Positions 1-9,978 of a stretch of DNA of 64,000 nucleotides are shown one piece after another. The DNA comes from Candidatus Cloacimonadales bacterium. GTDB lineage: Bacteria > Cloacimonadota > Cloacimonadia > Cloacimonadales > JAFGVF01. A program made the translations under genes and the position numbers. Within the stretch, counting starts at the first letter, position 1. Every line of letters begins with the position of its first letter. The stretch lies in contig OY762964.1 of NCBI GenBank assembly GCA_963667035.1, positions 3,038,114 to 3,102,113 on the forward strand, read 5' to 3'. Below the pieces are notes generated by a model. The model was given only the letters and a program-made list of their open reading frames with translations. It did no database searches and was not told the DNA's origin.

Positions 1-333
1 AATAGCATCCATACCTATGAAATGATTGCTAATAAAGTAATCAGAGAATACGGAAGTGAGTATTATAGCAATGATGGATTTAAATCCGAACTGTTTTCCG
101 AATTGCCATAAACCTATAAAGAAAAGAGGTATATTAAGCATGAGCATGAACGTACCGGGTTGAACACCTGCTTTAAAAAAAGCAATTTGAGCTAAGCCGG
201 ATACTCCTCCCGGAGCAATCTTAAAAGGCATAAGAAATAGACTGTATCCAAATCCCATTGCCACAGAGCCAATCAATATACCAAGTAGATTGAGAAGATT
301 AGCTTTTGATATTAACTTTCTTTTTTTCTTCAC
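1..333 (-). CDS. YitT family membrane protein, 5' part (runs off the window start)
   Basis: Not in the ORF track. Manual translation from GTG at 333 (SD GGAGG upstream) gives MKKKRKLISKANLLNLLGILIGSVAMGFGYSLFLMPFKIAPGGVSGLAQ...LNIPLFFIG; the PGGVSG and NIPLF motifs are typical of YitT. Confidence 0.85.
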   Translation of the reverse strand, partial: MKKKRKLISKANLLNLLGILIGSVAMGFGYSLFLMPFKIAPGGVSGLAQIAFFKAGVQPGTFMLMLNIPLFFIGLWQFGKQFGFKSIIAIILTSVFSDYFISNHFIGMDAI

Positions 334-379
334 AATAATCCTCCGATGATATTTTATTGATACGAAATTGGGAGTCAAT

Positions 380-736
380 ATGGAAATTAATAAGTTGATA
401 AATCTATGTAAAGAATTACAGGGAACATGGGAAGACAGACCTTTTGGACCCGATAATTCCGTTATGAAAGTAGGTGATAAAATGTTTGCTATCATATCTG
501 AAGATAAAGGCTTGAGGATTAATTTGAAGTGTGATCCTGATTTTGCACTCGTTCTAAGAGAACAATACAGTTACATTATTCCCGGTTATCACATGAACAA
601 AAGACATTGGAATACAGTTGTTATAAATGATGATGTAGATATAGAATTACTCAAAAATCTTGTTAAGGACTCATATAGTCTGGTCTTTAACAGCCTTCCT
701 AAAAAAGTAAGACAAAGGATTCAAGGAACTCAATAG
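380..736 (+). CDS. MmcQ/YjbR family protein
   Basis: Motifs PFG, KVGDKMFA, NLKCDP, PGYHMNKRHWNTV. ATG at 380 follows a GGGAG SD (track start 368 is TTG). Confidence 0.9.
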   Translation: MEINKLINLCKELQGTWEDRPFGPDNSVMKVGDKMFAIISEDKGLRINLKCDPDFALVLREQYSYIIPGYHMNKRHWNTVVINDDVDIELLKNLVKDSYSLVFNSLPKKVRQRIQGTQ

Positions 737-1083
737 TGCATTTTTTAATTAAAACCATAATCTCAGCAGTAATAATAGTGCTTATCTCGGAGATTTCAAA
801 ACGCTTCACCTTAATAGGAGGTATTCTAGCATCTTTACCGCTAGTCTCATTCTTAGGCATAATCTGGTTGTACCTTGATACTAAAGATGTCAAACCGATA
901 ATATCTTTATCACAATCTATATTTTGGTTAGTGATACCCTCCTTGCTCTTCTTTGTATTGTTTCCCATTCTGTTAAAGAAAGGTGTAGCCTTCTGGACCT
1001 CTTTTGCTATCTCTACAGGAATAATGATTGTTTTCTATGGAATCATGGTCAAAATACTGCAGTTCTTCAATATCATTCATTAG
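736..1083 (+). CDS. DUF3147-like small membrane protein
   Basis: 115 aa with about 4 hydrophobic helices and GGILASLPLVS motif; start overlaps the upstream stop. Confidence 0.7.
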   Translation: MHFLIKTIISAVIIVLISEISKRFTLIGGILASLPLVSFLGIIWLYLDTKDVKPIISLSQSIFWLVIPSLLFFVLFPILLKKGVAFWTSFAISTGIMIVFYGIMVKILQFFNIIH

Positions 1084-1537
1084 GAAACGAAAGGAGTCGG
1101 TACCTTCTAGTAATAAGCAAATACTATTTTAAAGATTACGTTTACTCATAATATACATAGAGATTACTATTAATTACAAGTCATCATGTTACAATCACTA
1201 TAGAAACAAGTTATTAAGAATGATACCAGGCAATCCTAAATGAAAGAAAATCTTGGATTACTAATAATTTAAACTTATGAATATGAGTGTAAAAAATAGG
1301 CTTAATTTTCTTAATTGTGTAAAATAAAGAGACTATCTTCCAAGCTTAAAAAGGATTTGACAGTATTACAAACTATTGAAAAATAACTAAACTGGAAGAT
1401 AGTATATACATTTACTCGTCGTTGCAATTACTAAATCGCAAGTAAGTAATAATTTTTGCAGGTGTTTATGTGATTAGAGAAATGTATGTATAAAGTTATT
1501 ATAAATAAATGAATCGAAAAAAAGGAAGGAGATTCGT

Positions 1538-4321
1538 ATGATTAAACATCGAAGAGCGGGTTTATCTCTTTTGATGGTTCTTCTTGTCCTTGCTGTTACT
1601 CCATTATGGAGTACCTCAGCAGCAGACATGATTGTAAAGAACCTTCAAGTAACAGATATCCCCAACGATGACGGATCAGGACTGCGTATTAGCTGGACTC
1701 CGCTACCTAAGGAAGCAAGAATCCAAGAATACCATATATATCGCGGTATAAGCCCTGATTCCCTCTTTTTAGTCAGTACAATTCCGGTAAACCCCAAAAC
1801 AGGTGTTTCTTCGGATGTTATGTACTATTACGATAGCGGTTGGACGCAGCTTATTAGCATTAACTCTCCCGCTAAACTGAAAAAAGATAAGCAACCGGAC
1901 CAAGAGAACAGTCCTCTCTATCTTGAAGTACCGCATGATATGGAGATTTTAAACAGTCTTCAACGTGCTACAACAATGCTTTATGCAATGGATATAAAAC
2001 CTTACTATTATCAATCAAAGAAGATTGAGAAAGATGGACAGGTTTATGCAGGTGTACCATGGTATTATGGAAGCATTTTAGGAAGACTTGTTCCGGGTAA
2101 TGAATATTACTATACTGTTGTTGCAACGAACGAACAAAGAAAATACTTCATGAGAGCTGATATTGTTTCTGGAACCCCAATGCCGAATGAAGCAGCTCCG
2201 GTACTTGACTTTTACAGTAAATACCTTCCTGAAGAAGGAAACATTCAATTTGAATGGAAACACCCAGTGCAATCAACAGCTATTAGAGCGTATTCAGTTT
2301 TCATAGTTGAAGATAGCAAGTTAGATGCATTCCTTAACGGTGATTATGATAAAGCTACTCAAGTAGCTCAAGTAGGAGCTAGTACAACTTATGCATCTGC
2401 TAAAGTAAGTGAGTTGTCCGGTTATGATTTTGACTCACTTGAGAAATATTCATTTGTAATTGGTGGTATTTATGGCGGTGGAATAACTCTTTCAGCTCCA
2501 ATTAAAGCCATGCGTTCCAAATTACCTGAATATTTCAAAAACACATCATTCTATGCCGGTGATGCTCCCGATGATAAAGGTGATTATAACTTGATTCAAT
2601 GGGGCAAACCATCAGCTTTTATTTCAGCTACTTCATTCTTAGGTGAAAAGAAAGATAGAATGATGATTGCTTATGATTATAAGATTAACGATTTATACAA
2701 AGTTGATCAGATACACTTTTATTTCTTTGAAAAAGGAAAGGATGAACCTTTCTATATTCATAATGAATTCTATCAAGATAATAAGCTTGTCGTAACCTTA
2801 CCGGAGGGTTATAATCCTGCAAATGGTATTGATGTTGAAATCAGATTTAAGGCTAAATCTCAGAAGAAAAACATTGAAGCTATTGATGACAGTTATTTCT
2901 TAACTCAAGAGCTGAAATGGGATGACTTTATCAAGTCTTTGAAACCCGGTGATGTGTTCTATAACAATGTTAACTTGAACAAAACATTTTACACTGTATT
3001 TAGTAAAGATAAACAATCGGCTTCTTATAGCGTAGCTAAAGAAGTTGTTGCCGTTGAAAGAAACTTCAATGACTTATCAGATTATCTCAAGAGAGATTAT
3101 GCTATTGTTCAAGGTATTGATGTTGAAAACAATCTTTTTCTCGTAGACCATAACATTAGCTACAAATATGATAAAGCTTCTGACTCTGTTCTCAGTGTTA
3201 GCTTGTTCCCCGGTGTTGATGATGAGACTAAAGCAAGTCTTAAAAAAGAGATTGATGCTTTATTAACCCAAAAGGGTACTGAGACTGAGCCTGAAGCTAT
3301 TGCTACTATTGATGCTCAAATAGCTGAGATGAACGCTCAACTTGAGCAGTTAAACAATCCTGTTCTTGAGAAAGTAAATAGCATCAAAGGCCGTAGAACC
3401 AGAATGAATCACATCAGAAGAGTAAGAGAAAAAGAACTTCGTAGCATTAGCTATAAACTTATGATTTCTGATGGTAAGGGACTTTTCTTTCAAGGAAAAC
3501 CTCTTGAAAATGTTAGCGGAGATTTAGCTTATTTCTATCCAAGACCTAACTGGATTTACAAAACACGTATCGGTGGGTTAATTGCTGCTCTTATTTTTGG
3601 TATACTTGTGTTTGTAATGGTAGCTCTTGCAAGAAGAGGAAAAGCTCTTTATCTTAGACCTATTGCAGGTATTCAGGAAATTGACAATGCAATTGGTCGT
3701 GCTACTGAGATGGGTAGTCCCATTCTTTTTGTTCCGGGACTTTCAGGCATCAGTGATGTTGCAACTCTTGCAGGACTTCAGATTCTTAATCAGGTTGCAA
3801 AAAAAGCAGCCGAATATGATACACCAATTCTTGTACCATGTAGAGACGTTATCGTTCTTCCTATTGCACAGGAAATTGTTAAAGAAGCTCATTATGAAGC
3901 AGGTCGTCCTGATACATTTGATCCTTCAAGTGTATTCTACATGACCGGTTCACAGTTTGCTTTTGTTGCCGGTATTAACGGTATCATGGTTCGTGAAAAA
4001 GTAGCGACAAACTTCTATATGGGTATGTTCTATGCTGAATCACTTATCATGACAGAAACCGGTAACTCAATTGGTGCGGTACAGATTTCAGGTACTGATG
4101 CTGTTACGCAGATTCCTTTCTTTATTACCACTTGTGACTATACACTAATGGGTGAAGAACTTTATGCGGCAGCCGCTTATCTTTCTAAAGAACCAATGAT
4201 GCTTGGAACACTTAAGGCTCAGGATTATTTCAAGTTCCTTATCCTTTTCTTTGTTGTTCTCGGAACATTACTTTCTTCGTTTAAAATAACCTTTTTAGTT
4301 AACGCATTCCCTGATAAATAG
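1538..4321 (+). CDS. Membrane-anchored protein with FN3-like ectodomain and C-terminal DUF6754-like domain
   Basis: Signal peptide; two D-x-P-[ND]-D-x-G...W repeats and a YYYTVVA FN3 strand; TM helix; conserved LRPIAG...AIGRATEMG...QIPFFITTCDYTLMGEELYAAAAYLS; final TM. Strong SD. Confidence 0.75.
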   Translation: MIKHRRAGLSLLMVLLVLAVTPLWSTSAADMIVKNLQVTDIPNDDGSGLRISWTPLPKEARIQEYHIYRGISPDSLFLVSTIPVNPKTGVSSDVMYYYDSGWTQLISINSPAKLKKDKQPDQENSPLYLEVPHDMEILNSLQRATTMLYAMDIKPYYYQSKKIEKDGQVYAGVPWYYGSILGRLVPGNEYYYTVVATNEQRKYFMRADIVSGTPMPNEAAPVLDFYSKYLPEEGNIQFEWKHPVQSTAIRAYSVFIVEDSKLDAFLNGDYDKATQVAQVGASTTYASAKVSELSGYDFDSLEKYSFVIGGIYGGGITLSAPIKAMRSKLPEYFKNTSFYAGDAPDDKGDYNLIQWGKPSAFISATSFLGEKKDRMMIAYDYKINDLYKVDQIHFYFFEKGKDEPFYIHNEFYQDNKLVVTLPEGYNPANGIDVEIRFKAKSQKKNIEAIDDSYFLTQELKWDDFIKSLKPGDVFYNNVNLNKTFYTVFSKDKQSASYSVAKEVVAVERNFNDLSDYLKRDYAIVQGIDVENNLFLVDHNISYKYDKASDSVLSVSLFPGVDDETKASLKKEIDALLTQKGTETEPEAIATIDAQIAEMNAQLEQLNNPVLEKVNSIKGRRTRMNHIRRVREKELRSISYKLMISDGKGLFFQGKPLENVSGDLAYFYPRPNWIYKTRIGGLIAALIFGILVFVMVALARRGKALYLRPIAGIQEIDNAIGRATEMGSPILFVPGLSGISDVATLAGLQILNQVAKKAAEYDTPILVPCRDVIVLPIAQEIVKEAHYEAGRPDTFDPSSVFYMTGSQFAFVAGINGIMVREKVATNFYMGMFYAESLIMTETGNSIGAVQISGTDAVTQIPFFITTCDYTLMGEELYAAAAYLSKEPMMLGTLKAQDYFKFLILFFVVLGTLLSSFKITFLVNAFPDK

Positions 4322-4334
4322 GAGCAGAATACAA

Positions 4335-4958
4335 ATGAAAAAACAAGTACCATTATTAATAGTAATTGTCATGAGTTTTCTGTTTGCCTTATGGGCTATC
4401 ATACCACATAAGATTTCAGAAGACTTCTATCAGGGCTATCTTGTCTTCATCAGAGCAATGTCACCATTTGGTGTTGTTCTTGGTATTATGAGTCTCACAA
4501 TGGTTAACGTTGTGAAGATTAAGAGAAAAGCCCCAAATTGGCAGTACAGTTACGTTACTCTTTTTGCTTTTTATGCTACAGCAGCAATAGGATTCATTTG
4601 GGGAACTAGTGAAGGTTCACCATATATATGGATATTCAAGAACATACAGATGCCGATGTCAGCAACTATGTTCTCATTGCTTGCTTTCTATATCTCAACA
4701 GCTGCTTATAAAGCTTTCCGTGCACGTTCTGCCGAAGCAACAGTACTTCTTGTTGCAGCTGTCGTAGTTATGCTTGGACAGGTTCCATACGGTGTCATGA
4801 TTAGTCCGAAGATCCCTGCATTTGCACAATGGATTCTGGACGTACCAAACCTTGCCTCTAAGCGTGGTTTCATGCTTGGTGTTGGTCTTGGTATGACCGC
4901 CGTATCCCTTAAAATCATGTTAGGTATCGAGCGTTCTTACCTCGGTGGCGGAGATTAA
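4335..4958 (+). CDS. Uncharacterised polytopic membrane protein (operon gene 2)
   Basis: 207 aa, about 6 TM helices, motifs MFSLLAFYISTAAYKAFRARS and LKIMLGIER; SD GGAG. Confidence 0.8.
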   Translation: MKKQVPLLIVIVMSFLFALWAIIPHKISEDFYQGYLVFIRAMSPFGVVLGIMSLTMVNVVKIKRKAPNWQYSYVTLFAFYATAAIGFIWGTSEGSPYIWIFKNIQMPMSATMFSLLAFYISTAAYKAFRARSAEATVLLVAAVVVMLGQVPYGVMISPKIPAFAQWILDVPNLASKRGFMLGVGLGMTAVSLKIMLGIERSYLGGGD

Positions 4959-4968
4959 TAAAGGAGAT

Positions 4969-5955
4969 ATGATGGAATTTATTCAAAAACTACAGGATCT
5001 GGATAGAAAGTGGATTTATCTGATAGTTGCATTAGCTATCATTATCCCTTTACTTATTCCTTTTAACGCACCGACTTATACAACTGCTCCAACCGAAAAG
5101 TTATATCAGTTGATAGATTCTTTCTCTGATAGAGAAGACAGAGCTGTTCTTATTTGCTTTGCTCATGATGCTTCAACTATGGCAGAACTTTATCCGATGG
5201 AAACAGCTATTCTTAGACATTGTTTCGAGAGAAACGTAAAAGTGTTTACTCTTACTTTCCTTGAAACTGCAGCTCCATTAATCAATTATGCTATTGATAC
5301 CGTTAAGAGTGAGTTCCCTGATGTAAGGTCAGGTGAGAATTATATCAATATCGGTTTCAAACCTACAGCTCTTTACTTACCTATCGTTATCGGTATGGGT
5401 GACGGAATTGCTGCTGCTGTTGAAACAGATGCAGAAGGTAGAAAACTTGAATCATTACCTATGATGAAAGGACTTAACAACTATAACGAACTTAAACTTG
5501 TTGTTGAAACTTCAGGTGCAAGTTATGGTATGGGCTGGGTTACTTATGCTCGTGCTCGTTATGGTGTTAATGTTGCTGCCGGTGTTACAGCTGTTATGGC
5601 TGCTGACGCTTATCCTTACCTTCAAACCGGTCAGCTTACCGGAATGCTTTCAGGTATGAAGGGTGCTGCCGAATATGAATATCTCAATGACGTTTTTGCC
5701 GCATACGAGAGCAAAGATTTCCCTAATGGAAGACCATTCAGTAAGGAAATTCTTAAAGACAAGAACGAAATTGCTAAGATTGACATAGCTAAAGATTGGG
5801 ATCCTGAGACAAAGACAGGTATCAAGTATAAATGGAAAACTGCCAGAATCGGTATGAATGCTCAATCTGTTGCTCACGTGATGATATTCTTGTTTATCCT
5901 CATCGGTAATATAGGATTCTTTGTTGAGCGTCATCAGAAGAAGAAAAACAGTTAA
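4969..5955 (+). CDS. Uncharacterised membrane protein with TM-alpha/beta-TM layout (operon gene 3)
   Basis: ATG ATG at 4969/4972 after AAGGAG. N- and C-terminal TMs flank a soluble domain containing PYLQTGQLTGMLSGMKGAAEYE. Confidence 0.8.
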   Translation: MMEFIQKLQDLDRKWIYLIVALAIIIPLLIPFNAPTYTTAPTEKLYQLIDSFSDREDRAVLICFAHDASTMAELYPMETAILRHCFERNVKVFTLTFLETAAPLINYAIDTVKSEFPDVRSGENYINIGFKPTALYLPIVIGMGDGIAAAVETDAEGRKLESLPMMKGLNNYNELKLVVETSGASYGMGWVTYARARYGVNVAAGVTAVMAADAYPYLQTGQLTGMLSGMKGAAEYEYLNDVFAAYESKDFPNGRPFSKEILKDKNEIAKIDIAKDWDPETKTGIKYKWKTARIGMNAQSVAHVMIFLFILIGNIGFFVERHQKKKNS

Positions 5956-5966
5956 AAGGAGAAGAC

Positions 5967-6569
5967 ATGTTTGAGATTATTAGTAATTTAATTGCAGCTT
6001 TCTTTACATTGGCTATCTTCTCTTTCCTCTACAAAGATAACCCTGTGTATCGTTTGTCTGAGCAGTTATTGGTTGGTATTTCCGCTGGATACGGTCTTCC
6101 GCTTATGTGGCAGAATGCATTTATCCCTTTCGTTTATCAGCCTATATTCATTCAACATAAATGGTATTTACTTATTCCATGTATCGTCGGTACCTTCTAT
6201 TGGTTCCGTTTTAACAATAAACTTAGCTGGTTAGCACGCTACCCCATAGCTATTGGTATGGGTATGACAGGTGCCGGTGTTATCTTGTCAATGAATGCTA
6301 GTGTTCTTGTTCAGATGCGCTCAGCTATGCAACCAATCGATAGCTTCAATATGTTCCTTGTTTTCCTCGGAACAGTATCTGTGATGCTTTATTTCTATTT
6401 CTCTAAAGCTCATACAGGTATCTACGGTAAGTTTACTAAGGTTGGTATTTGGTTCATGATGATTGGTTTCGGTGCATCATTCGGTAATACAGTTATGGCT
6501 CGTATTTCCCTTTTGATCGGGCGAATTCAATTCCTTGTAAATGATGTTATCATGGGATTTATTAAATAA
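5967..6569 (+). CDS. Uncharacterised polytopic membrane protein (operon gene 4)
   Basis: 200 aa, about 6 TM, motifs FSFLYKDNP and FGASFGNTVMARISLLIGR; SD AAGGAG. Confidence 0.8.
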   Translation: MFEIISNLIAAFFTLAIFSFLYKDNPVYRLSEQLLVGISAGYGLPLMWQNAFIPFVYQPIFIQHKWYLLIPCIVGTFYWFRFNNKLSWLARYPIAIGMGMTGAGVILSMNASVLVQMRSAMQPIDSFNMFLVFLGTVSVMLYFYFSKAHTGIYGKFTKVGIWFMMIGFGASFGNTVMARISLLIGRIQFLVNDVIMGFIK

Positions 6570-6592
6570 TATTTACTCTAATAGATTACATT

Positions 6593-6618
6593 AAAGACCC
6601 GCTTAATGCGGGTCTTTT
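6593..6618 (+). terminator. Rho-independent terminator of the four-gene operon
   Basis: AAAGACCCGC-TTAAT-GCGGGTCTTT hairpin ending in a T run. Confidence 0.85.
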
Positions 6619-6789
6619 GCTATCTATGATGAAGCATTAACAGTATTTACTAGCTTACAACAATCCTTGAGTTAAATGTACAGCTATTATTTTAACATAG
6701 TCACACACAATAAAAGAGTTGACATGTAAAGAGTTAACTCTACAATTTGAAAATTGTAGGTTTATTTAAAATAATAAGGAGTGTGTATT

Positions 6790-8547
6790 ATGAAGAAAAC
6801 AATTCTAATATTGTTTGTTTTAACTATTACCGTTTTACTCTCAGCAACTACCAGAGACGTAATGACTCTCTCTAATCACGGGGCTTCGATTTCTAACTAT
6901 TGGAATGCTCCTAATCAATATGGCGATATTGATCAAGGTGTACAGTACACTGCCGTGGCAGATTGTACTTTGGAAACATGGCAGCTATTGTTATACAATA
7001 TAGTAGGAACTCCTCCCTCAATTGTTGTACATGTATACGGAGATAATGGTGGCTATCCGGGGGTTGAGCTAGGCTCTTTGACTGTCCCAACATCCGGTTT
7101 GGTTACTTATTCATCTGGCTGGAATAATATCGATTTAAGTAGTCTTAATATCAGCCTCAATACAGGAGATGTCTTTTATATTACTTACACAGTAACAAAC
7201 GGAGTGTATGGTACTGCAGAGGTACAATGGCTTTCTGATAATGGTACTTATGCTACTACAAGTAAAACATATCAAGGTAATGGAAGCTCATGGCTAACTA
7301 TGGGAGAAGGATGGGGTACACCTTATGAAATGTTTGCTAATGCTGTTATAGAGACTACCGGAACTGTAGGTCCTATCTTTGATATTAATTTTGAGTCTTA
7401 TAATTATGGATTAACCGCTATTGGAGGAGGTAAATATGAGATATTTACTATATCCAATACAGGTGGTGGAGCAATGGTTTTGCAGAGTGTTGGGCTCACA
7501 GGTTCTTCTGATTTCAGTGGTTACTGGAATGGAGACGTTCCAACATTCCCTCTCTCTCTTGCAAATGGAGAATCTGTTTCATTAGTAATTGATTATTATC
7601 CAACAGACGTAGGATCTGACTCCGGTAGTATTGATATTACTTTGGATGATAGAGAAGTTCAGAATATTCCATTAAGCGGCTCAGGCTATATCCATAATAC
7701 ATGGGCATCAGCAGGAGCAATGTTCGATCAGTCCCCGGCAGGAAATCAGGGAGATTATGCTTGGTCTATGTCTACATCTGATACTGATGCCGGATATCTT
7801 AAAGCTGAGAATTTTGCCGGATTAACAGAGCAAATAGGTAGCATTGATTTTTGGGGTGTTAATTTTTATAATGACGGTTCAGGATGGTCAGAAGTAACTA
7901 CCGAAAATCCTATGGACTTCCAGATTATATTCTATAATAACGACGCTAATGATCTTCCAGGAACTATTGTCCAAACATATAACCCAACTATTTCAAGAGA
8001 GACTATAACAGATTCCTTATTTAACAGCTCTGCTGTTTATAAGTATCATTACGAGCTACCTTCACCTATAACTCTAAACGAAGGGTGGGTGTCAATACAG
8101 GGAACAAGCACAGGCACTCCTGATAATGCTTGGTTCTTGTGGTCAACATCTCCTATAGGTGATATAGTAAAGGGTAATTATACTACAGCATGGGGTTGGG
8201 ATGCTACAGACTTAGCATTTGCTCTTTATCCTTCAACAGCTATAGATCCACCTCAGGATATCACGATTACAATGAATGGTCAGTATCCTGAAATCTCTTG
8301 GACAGATGCTCCCGGTCTTGTTAATAACATCTACAGAGCTGATACTCCCGGAGGTGCATACAATGTAGTAGGTACAGTAGGTGATGGTGCAGGCTCTTTC
8401 CTTGATACTTCTATTACTCAAGATAAGCATTTCTATCATGTTACTAATAATACAATGGTAAGTCGTAGAATGACAATGACACCTTTAAGAGCTATTAGAA
8501 GAATAGAACCAAGACTTGTTAATCGAGATGAAACTATTACACAATAA
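6790..8547 (+). CDS. Secreted beta-sandwich protein with choice-of-anchor D/ASH-like Ig domain and C-terminal FN3-like domain
   Basis: Signal peptide MKKTILIL; rich in S/T/G/N/Y; FTISNTGGGAM...PLSGSG Ig motif; C-terminal ISW...NIYRAD...FYHV. Confidence 0.65.
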   Translation: MKKTILILFVLTITVLLSATTRDVMTLSNHGASISNYWNAPNQYGDIDQGVQYTAVADCTLETWQLLLYNIVGTPPSIVVHVYGDNGGYPGVELGSLTVPTSGLVTYSSGWNNIDLSSLNISLNTGDVFYITYTVTNGVYGTAEVQWLSDNGTYATTSKTYQGNGSSWLTMGEGWGTPYEMFANAVIETTGTVGPIFDINFESYNYGLTAIGGGKYEIFTISNTGGGAMVLQSVGLTGSSDFSGYWNGDVPTFPLSLANGESVSLVIDYYPTDVGSDSGSIDITLDDREVQNIPLSGSGYIHNTWASAGAMFDQSPAGNQGDYAWSMSTSDTDAGYLKAENFAGLTEQIGSIDFWGVNFYNDGSGWSEVTTENPMDFQIIFYNNDANDLPGTIVQTYNPTISRETITDSLFNSSAVYKYHYELPSPITLNEGWVSIQGTSTGTPDNAWFLWSTSPIGDIVKGNYTTAWGWDATDLAFALYPSTAIDPPQDITITMNGQYPEISWTDAPGLVNNIYRADTPGGAYNVVGTVGDGAGSFLDTSITQDKHFYHVTNNTMVSRRMTMTPLRAIRRIEPRLVNRDETITQ

Positions 8548-8584
8548 ACATTAGGAATACAATAAAGTTTCTTTCGCAATAGTT

Positions 8585-8614
8585 AAAAACCCGGTGTATA
8601 TAACCGGGTTTTTT
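8585..8614. terminator. Bidirectional terminator between convergent genes
   Basis: AAAAACCCGGT-loop-ACCGGGTTTTTT. Confidence 0.85.
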
Positions 8615-8642
8615 ATATATGAATAGGGACTATGAAGTTTCG

Positions 8643-9974
8643 CTATTTATCACCCGTATATTTCTTCCATTGATAATCAAATTTACGGTAACTAAGATTT
8701 AACAGCTTAGCAGCTTTCACTTTGTTTCCACCTGCTACTTGCATGGCATTTACAAAGTATTTCCTCCTAATTTCATCTAAGATGTTCTCCAAATCAAAAT
8801 CATCATCTTGTACGTCAGCTAATACACCTGAATCATTCTTGCCGGAAAAACTAAAGTGTTCAGGTTTAATCAGGTCATTAGAGAGAATAGAAGCTCTCTC
8901 TATTTCGTTCTTTAGCTCTCGAATATTACCCGGCCAGTTATGATGCTTAAGAGCATCTAAAGCCATACGTGATACTTTACGGTTCAGTTTGTTTGCAAAG
9001 CATCCAGTTAATAGTGAAATATCTTCAACTCTCTCTCTCAGAGGAGGAATTTCAAGAATAAAGGTCTTTAGCCTATAATACAGGTCTAATCTGAACAGTC
9101 CCTGATTAATCAAATCCTGAGGATTCCTATTGGTTGCAGCAATGATTCTTACGTCTGTCTTTACACTTCGAGAGCTTCCTACTGGAGTTACTTCTTCTGA
9201 TTCAAGAACTCTTAGAAGTTTGGCTTGAAAAGCCAGAGGCATATCACTTAGTTCATCAAGGAAAAGAGTACCTCCTTTAGCCTCTTGAAATTTACCCTTG
9301 TTATCCCTGATTGCTCCGGTAAAAGCCCCTTTAACGTGGCCAAAAAACTCTGATTCAAAAAGATTTTCGGATATTGCCGAACAATTAACTGCCAATAACG
9401 GTTTGTTTCTCCTCTTCGAAAGCACATGAATTGCTTTAACAACTAATTCTTTTCCTGTTCCACTTTCTCCTACTACCAATACTGATGCTTCTGAAGGAGC
9501 AACAACTCTGATTAGACGCTTTACTTCAGCAATCTGAGGAGTATCACCTATAATGTGAGAGCAATAGTCGGATTTATCCAATCTATGAACAAGCTCAGAC
9601 ACTTTGTCGTGCATCTTTTTTACTTCTTCCGCACCTCTAACCAAGCCTATTAGTTCATCATTATCAAAAGGTTTCTTGATAAAGTTATACGCTCCGGTCT
9701 GTATTGCCGACACCGCTTTTGATACATCTCCGTTAGCTGTAATTATTATATATTGAGTTCCATAAAGGAGTTTCTTCATCTCAATCATTGTCTCAATACC
9801 GTTCATTCCTGGTAGGACCAAATCAAGTAGCACAACATCAGGGTTAAATCTGGTAGCTTCCACCAAAGCATCTTCACCTGAGTTGCAACTTTGCGTCTCG
9901 AAACCTTCATCCTCTAACAAAAGGCAGAGAATTCGGCATATCTTTTTCTCGTCATCAACTACAAGAATCTTCAT
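8643..9974 (-). CDS. Sigma54-dependent response regulator (NtrC/AtoC family; REC-AAA+-HTH)
   Basis: MKILVVDDE receiver, GESGTGKE, ESEFFGHVKGAFTGA, LFLDE, WPGNIREL and a Fis-type HTH; start placed at MKIL (9974). Confidence 0.93.
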   Translation of the reverse strand: MKILVVDDEKKICRILCLLLEDEGFETQSCNSGEDALVEATRFNPDVVLLDLVLPGMNGIETMIEMKKLLYGTQYIIITANGDVSKAVSAIQTGAYNFIKKPFDNDELIGLVRGAEEVKKMHDKVSELVHRLDKSDYCSHIIGDTPQIAEVKRLIRVVAPSEASVLVVGESGTGKELVVKAIHVLSKRRNKPLLAVNCSAISENLFESEFFGHVKGAFTGAIRDNKGKFQEAKGGTLFLDELSDMPLAFQAKLLRVLESEEVTPVGSSRSVKTDVRIIAATNRNPQDLINQGLFRLDLYYRLKTFILEIPPLRERVEDISLLTGCFANKLNRKVSRMALDALKHHNWPGNIRELKNEIERASILSNDLIKPEHFSFSGKNDSGVLADVQDDDFDLENILDEIRRKYFVNAMQVAGGNKVKAAKLLNLSYRKFDYQWKKYTGDK

Positions 9975-9978
9975 TATT

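Noticed and set aside
380..1083. Toxin-antitoxin pair
   Set aside because: The overlapping small genes resemble YjbR and a DUF3147-like membrane protein, with no toxin motifs.
1084..1537. Riboswitch or ncRNA in the long leader of the four-gene operon
   Set aside because: AT-rich with only weak pairing near 1412-1450; no recognisable aptamer or terminator. An Rfam scan would be needed to exclude it.
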